Virus record (IMG/VR): IMGVR_UViG_3300025687_000153
Span: 1 to 35,421 of that record
From: a virus
Taxonomy: Duplodnaviria; Caudoviricetes
DNA length: 35,421 bases
Reading direction: 5' to 3' (one strand)
This document shows, in pieces, positions 32,401 to 35,421 of this stretch (position 1 is its first letter; every line of letters starts with the position of its first letter). A model generated the notes under the pieces. The model had not been told where the DNA came from, searched no databases, and was given only the letters and a program-made list of their open reading frames with translations. Position numbers and translations under genes: made by a program.

Positions 32401-35300
32401 CAAAAAGGGAATCTTGGGATAAGTTAAAAGAGGAATTAGAAAAATTCTATAGAGTTGTCGATTCTCCATCATTTGCAGGATATAAGCCTGAAGTTCAATT
32501 GATGAAAGAGTATAGAAATAAGCTAATTTCTGAAGGTTATGATGGAATTATAATCAAAGATACAAAAGTTGATGCACCAAAAAAAGAGAGGATAAATCAA
32601 TATGTTGCCTTCGAACCCACTCAAATCAAATCAATAGACAACATAGGCACGTTTGATCCGAATGATCCGAATATCTACAAACTAGACCTAGACACAACAG
32701 ACCCTACACAAGTCTACTATGATACTGTTTCTCCTGAAGGTGTTAGAAAAGAAATGGAGAGAATGAAGCGTGTTGTTCTTGCAGTAAAACAAGACAATGC
32801 TTTGTTTGAGAAAATCGCTAACGTATGGCCTGATAAAGCGCAAGCCGAAGCCTTGATTCTTGCAGAGGCTCCAAACAAAACACCAGAGATTGCCCAGGGT
32901 ATGATTGCTGAATTGGACGCAGAAATTAAAGCGACAACAAGAGCAATGCAGAAGACTGAAGTAACCTACACAGATGCACTTGCTGAAGCTGTAAAAAACA
33001 TAGTTGAAGGTAATGACTTAAAAGCTAAGGAAGAGCAACTAAGGCAATTGATTAGTCTTGAGAAAAGAGTAGAGGCATACAAAAAGATTAGACGCTCAAG
33101 CGACACTTACCAAGGTGTTTATGGAATCCTTACAGGGAACTACGATAACGCTGAGAACGGGCGCATATCAATTGAAACTATCCAAAATAGAAACGTGTCA
33201 AGAATCATGGGTGGTTTTGTCTCTGATTTGAGAACAAGACAGTTATTTGATTTGTTTCAGAGTAGAGATTCAGAAGTTTATCTTGCTCAAGCTTTGCTTG
33301 CTTTAGGTGAGAATGATACCAATGCACTTAGAGCGATACCCAAGGACATTGTTGAGATTGCTGAACTTGTTTTGAAGTATCAGGAAGAAACCAGACGCAT
33401 GATGAACGAAGGCGGTGCAATAGTTCGCAAGCGTTCAGACTTTATTGCTTCTCAGTCTCACGACATGCTGAAGATTAAAGCTTCATCTCCTGAAGATTAT
33501 ATTTCATACCTCAGAGAAAGACTGGATCTTGAAAAGACTTTTGGAGCTGGTGCGAGTGATGAACAAATCAATCAAGCTCTTCTCTTTGTTTATCAGAATT
33601 TTGTTTCTGGAAACTTCATTAAAAACACTGGCGAAGCTTCAAGCGGTAATGTATTGCCTTCTGGGATTGGTAGAAAAGTCAGCCATGCAAGGAGCCTACA
33701 CTTTAAAGATGCAAGAAGTTGGGTAGAGTATCAAAATACTTATGGAGTAGGAGACTTACATACAAGCATTATCAACGGACTAATCAAAGGATCAAAGGCT
33801 GCTGGAATTATGGAAGTTCTAGGGCCAAACCATAGACAAGCTTTCAAGTCTGTAATGGATGGAATCAATTTAAAGCTGAAAAGGCAAAACAAGTTCGATC
33901 AAATGGAGCAACTGAAAAACAGGGCAGGAAGATTCGAATGGATCATGGACGAGTTAGACGGTTCCGCAAATATCCCTGTGGATGGTTTTTGGGCGAAAGC
34001 TTTATCCATTGCAAGAACTCTTGAAACTCAGAGGCTTATGGGTGGCGTGGTAATGTCACAGCTTGGTGATTTGGCTGTCGCTGCTTCAGAATTGAAGTAT
34101 CACGGTGTTGATCCATTCTCACGCTACACTATTCCTATCTCTAATATTGTTTATTCTTTACCCGGAACAAAAAAAGCACAGAAGGAACTTGCGGAATCAA
34201 TCGGCATTATTCCAGAAGCAATCATGGGTGACTTGCTAGAGCGTTTTGATAACGTCGAGATACCTGGAAAACTTAACGAGTTGACAAACATATTTATGAG
34301 AATGACAGGAATGAATGCCTGGACTGACGGACAACGTGCAGGACTTGGACTTGCTTTATCAAATATCTATGCAAGCATGGCATCTCAAAGTTATGCAAAT
34401 CTTCCAAAGGGAACTAAGATTCTTTTCAAAAAGTATGGAATAAGTTCTGGAGTTTGGGACAAAATCAGAAGTGCAAAGCTTGACGAGATAGACGGGCGCA
34501 AATATCTAAATCCAAAGGAAATAGAAAAGATTGATTTCAATGCAGCGCAAAAGTTTAGAACTTTCCTAATGGATAGACTGTATCAAGGTGTTCTTCAACC
34601 AGACGCATATACAAGAACAATCACTACAGGCGGTGGCAAGAGGGGTACTCCATCGGGCGAAATATTTAGAACAATGTTTCAATTCAAAAGATTCATGGCT
34701 TCTATGTTTACTCAGGTATGGGGCAGGGATTTAGCTATAGGTCAACAAGCAGGTTTTGGGAAATACGGTGGCATAGGTGAATTGTTTGTGATGTCTTCCC
34801 TGCTTGGATTTATTTCCTACTCAATGAAAGAGATTGCAAAAGGCAGGGAGCCAATAAACCCATTAGAGAATCCAGGCGGTGCATTAGCTGCTGGTGCTTT
34901 GCAAGGTGGTGGAGTTGGGATATTTGGGGATTTTATATTTAACGATGTCAACCGTTTTGGGGTATCATTACTAGGGACAATGGCAGGGCCACTACCAGGT
35001 AGGGTCGAGCTTTTTGTTAAACAACTTCACAAGGTAAAGAATGGGGAATCTAGTCCTGAAGAGTTGGCTTTGTTTGGGTTTAATCAAATGAATGTTTTGA
35101 ATCCATTATTAGTAGGTAGGGGGGATGCAGCTTTTAAGGCTGCTGCTGCAATCAATGCAACCAATCTTTTTTATATTCGGCCTGTTCTCAATTATTTGGT
35201 TCTTCACTCGTTACAAGAGGCAGCGAATCCAGGATACTTTAGAAGGCAAGAGAGAAGACTTAACAAAGAGGGAAGAGATTTTTTAATCAGACCGCTATAG
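29397..35300 (+). CDS. Large ejection protein (gp16-like), polyvalent: zincin metallopeptidase, GNAT and ART-PolyVal-like domains
   Basis: HEFWH..DEYFAE; VPKSRRGEGLGT..FYNRFGF; FKNWFGDSKVVDEDGKPLVVYHGS..GYDGII..QYVAFEPTQIKS; hydrophobic Gly-rich segments near both termini. Confidence 0.85.
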   Translation: MIFAGDVISPTQEVDVSDFQSSLGEVSAAGLNLAYESGLAWSGAINTGLTGQSTYGLSAPDSPMFDHDTALQHVKNAGLSFDVPVEGVSRATLDLMIQRKRNQQKYMSIINRGGTGSSVAALAGGFVGAMADPAAIPFMFTPVPILTARLTSRLAMTEGILGRAAIRAQMGAAEGTLGAALMEPLLASNLKQLGDDYTMMDSLANVSFGAIAGGILGPGVGALGDFIETSFLGKTLGKEGFKEFMPEWETRAKSMLNDLPEIRKQIDGKFYGELAEVISILEKPDLQPDEFFVAMSRIDNLKRATQLQEPTQPLREGLPSEISAIREDGTLSPWIFDNEFREAVWKNLDDVSQQAYRNTLDSSVAPDSVIADPKTLNPDRVSIDSVAQVMQSKTDDLTGDLKKEREALEAFNADRSIYSQNASILDKIANASPEIKSKAFEIAVNQVKENRPIDISSVFEFGEGKISGQELNKRVQESFNDKASEKAAIEIEENVSKMPDELDVEYFDKAIKEREERVSKIVDSLEEVEPEGIEIEKAPDTLLDEIKASEIPDSEKKATIDFLERMNPKYMENLAVEIGIPGEFQGQFIPDFRRRTIQIFNKAISQKRFDRTFIHEFWHSLSQYLPDDSVKAVEIEFKKARQKFVDLNPYFEPFIGADGNVKRELLGNDYRKFLNQFPNWKEQFPNKLQKVRDGVRLLANDENYRYFNLDEYFAETMVDRTFDPRQLNPEVGGVWQSIKNFFQNAYDSILRAMGKQDTGVIFRDFIRGRYDGLQREGLADLKLDLDSPEFDDLDVSLIERPDEIVLAKIVVPKSRRGEGLGTLYMENLITKADQEGKRIVLSPSKDFGASSVSRLKEFYNRFGFVENKGKNKDFSISESMYRNPEPQVLRMDTESPEFKNWFGDSKVVDEDGKPLVVYHGSPVENIEAFEIPRARKFKEDKFLTRSLGIFLTENKKTASKYKKEKIYRSFPRDGRLYENYLSLKNPKVFETDFIKTKNGKRAKRESWDKLKEELEKFYRVVDSPSFAGYKPEVQLMKEYRNKLISEGYDGIIIKDTKVDAPKKERINQYVAFEPTQIKSIDNIGTFDPNDPNIYKLDLDTTDPTQVYYDTVSPEGVRKEMERMKRVVLAVKQDNALFEKIANVWPDKAQAEALILAEAPNKTPEIAQGMIAELDAEIKATTRAMQKTEVTYTDALAEAVKNIVEGNDLKAKEEQLRQLISLEKRVEAYKKIRRSSDTYQGVYGILTGNYDNAENGRISIETIQNRNVSRIMGGFVSDLRTRQLFDLFQSRDSEVYLAQALLALGENDTNALRAIPKDIVEIAELVLKYQEETRRMMNEGGAIVRKRSDFIASQSHDMLKIKASSPEDYISYLRERLDLEKTFGAGASDEQINQALLFVYQNFVSGNFIKNTGEASSGNVLPSGIGRKVSHARSLHFKDARSWVEYQNTYGVGDLHTSIINGLIKGSKAAGIMEVLGPNHRQAFKSVMDGINLKLKRQNKFDQMEQLKNRAGRFEWIMDELDGSANIPVDGFWAKALSIARTLETQRLMGGVVMSQLGDLAVAASELKYHGVDPFSRYTIPISNIVYSLPGTKKAQKELAESIGIIPEAIMGDLLERFDNVEIPGKLNELTNIFMRMTGMNAWTDGQRAGLGLALSNIYASMASQSYANLPKGTKILFKKYGISSGVWDKIRSAKLDEIDGRKYLNPKEIEKIDFNAAQKFRTFLMDRLYQGVLQPDAYTRTITTGGGKRGTPSGEIFRTMFQFKRFMASMFTQVWGRDLAIGQQAGFGKYGGIGELFVMSSLLGFISYSMKEIAKGREPINPLENPGGALAAGALQGGGVGIFGDFIFNDVNRFGVSLLGTMAGPLPGRVELFVKQLHKVKNGESSPEELALFGFNQMNVLNPLLVGRGDAAFKAAAAINATNLFYIRPVLNYLVLHSLQEAANPGYFRRQERRLNKEGRDFLIRPL

Positions 35301-35421
35301 GGGAAATGAAATGACAGTATCAAACAGCACATACAGAGTCAGTTACAACGGGAACGGAAGCACTACAAGCTTCTCTATTCCGTTTTACTTTATCAATAAT
35401 TCTGATTTGTTAGTAACAAAG
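34973..35421. repeat. Terminal direct repeat, right copy
   Basis: Matches 1-449 with one mismatch and includes the re-start of the tailspike gene at 35311. Confidence 0.97.

Noticed and set aside
1-35421. Alternative genetic code, tRNA genes, introns or inteins
   Set aside because: Core genes are intact and of normal length in code 11, all three stops are used, and I found no cloverleaf or splice motifs by eye.

Overview
The window is an apparently complete ~34,972-bp podovirus-type phage genome. Bases 1-449 recur at 34973-35421 with one mismatch, which indicates a circular or permuted assembly. Two gene blocks diverge from a non-coding region at ~14940-15590. The minus-strand early arm (14936->5213) encodes an AEP-primase/VirE-type helicase, SSB, an Arc-like repressor, a RecT-like recombinase, a RecE-like exonuclease, RusA and many small Cys-rich proteins. 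The plus-strand late arm (15590->35300, wrapping to 339->5239) encodes TerS, a PBSX-type TerL, a T7/BPP-1-like portal, scaffold, capsid, tail tubular A/B, three ejection proteins, a tailspike, an S74-chaperone fibre and a GH108 endolysin. I recognise no integrase, DNA or RNA polymerase, reverse transcriptase, tRNA or CRISPR array. The most notable features read from the sequence are: (1) a textbook type I hammerhead ribozyme inside the early operon (11140-11192, minus strand), ahead of the arc-recT-exo genes; (2) a nested palindromic iteron origin, with a core repeat copied into the primase promoter and a possible antisense RNA over the primase leader; (3) attenuator-like structured leaders in the early arm; (4) a 1967-aa ejection protein carrying metallopeptidase, GNAT and ADP-ribosyltransferase-like cassettes bounded by repeated motifs; (5) two tail-region proteins with apparent Sec signal peptides. 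All family assignments come from motif recognition by eye, not from database searches.
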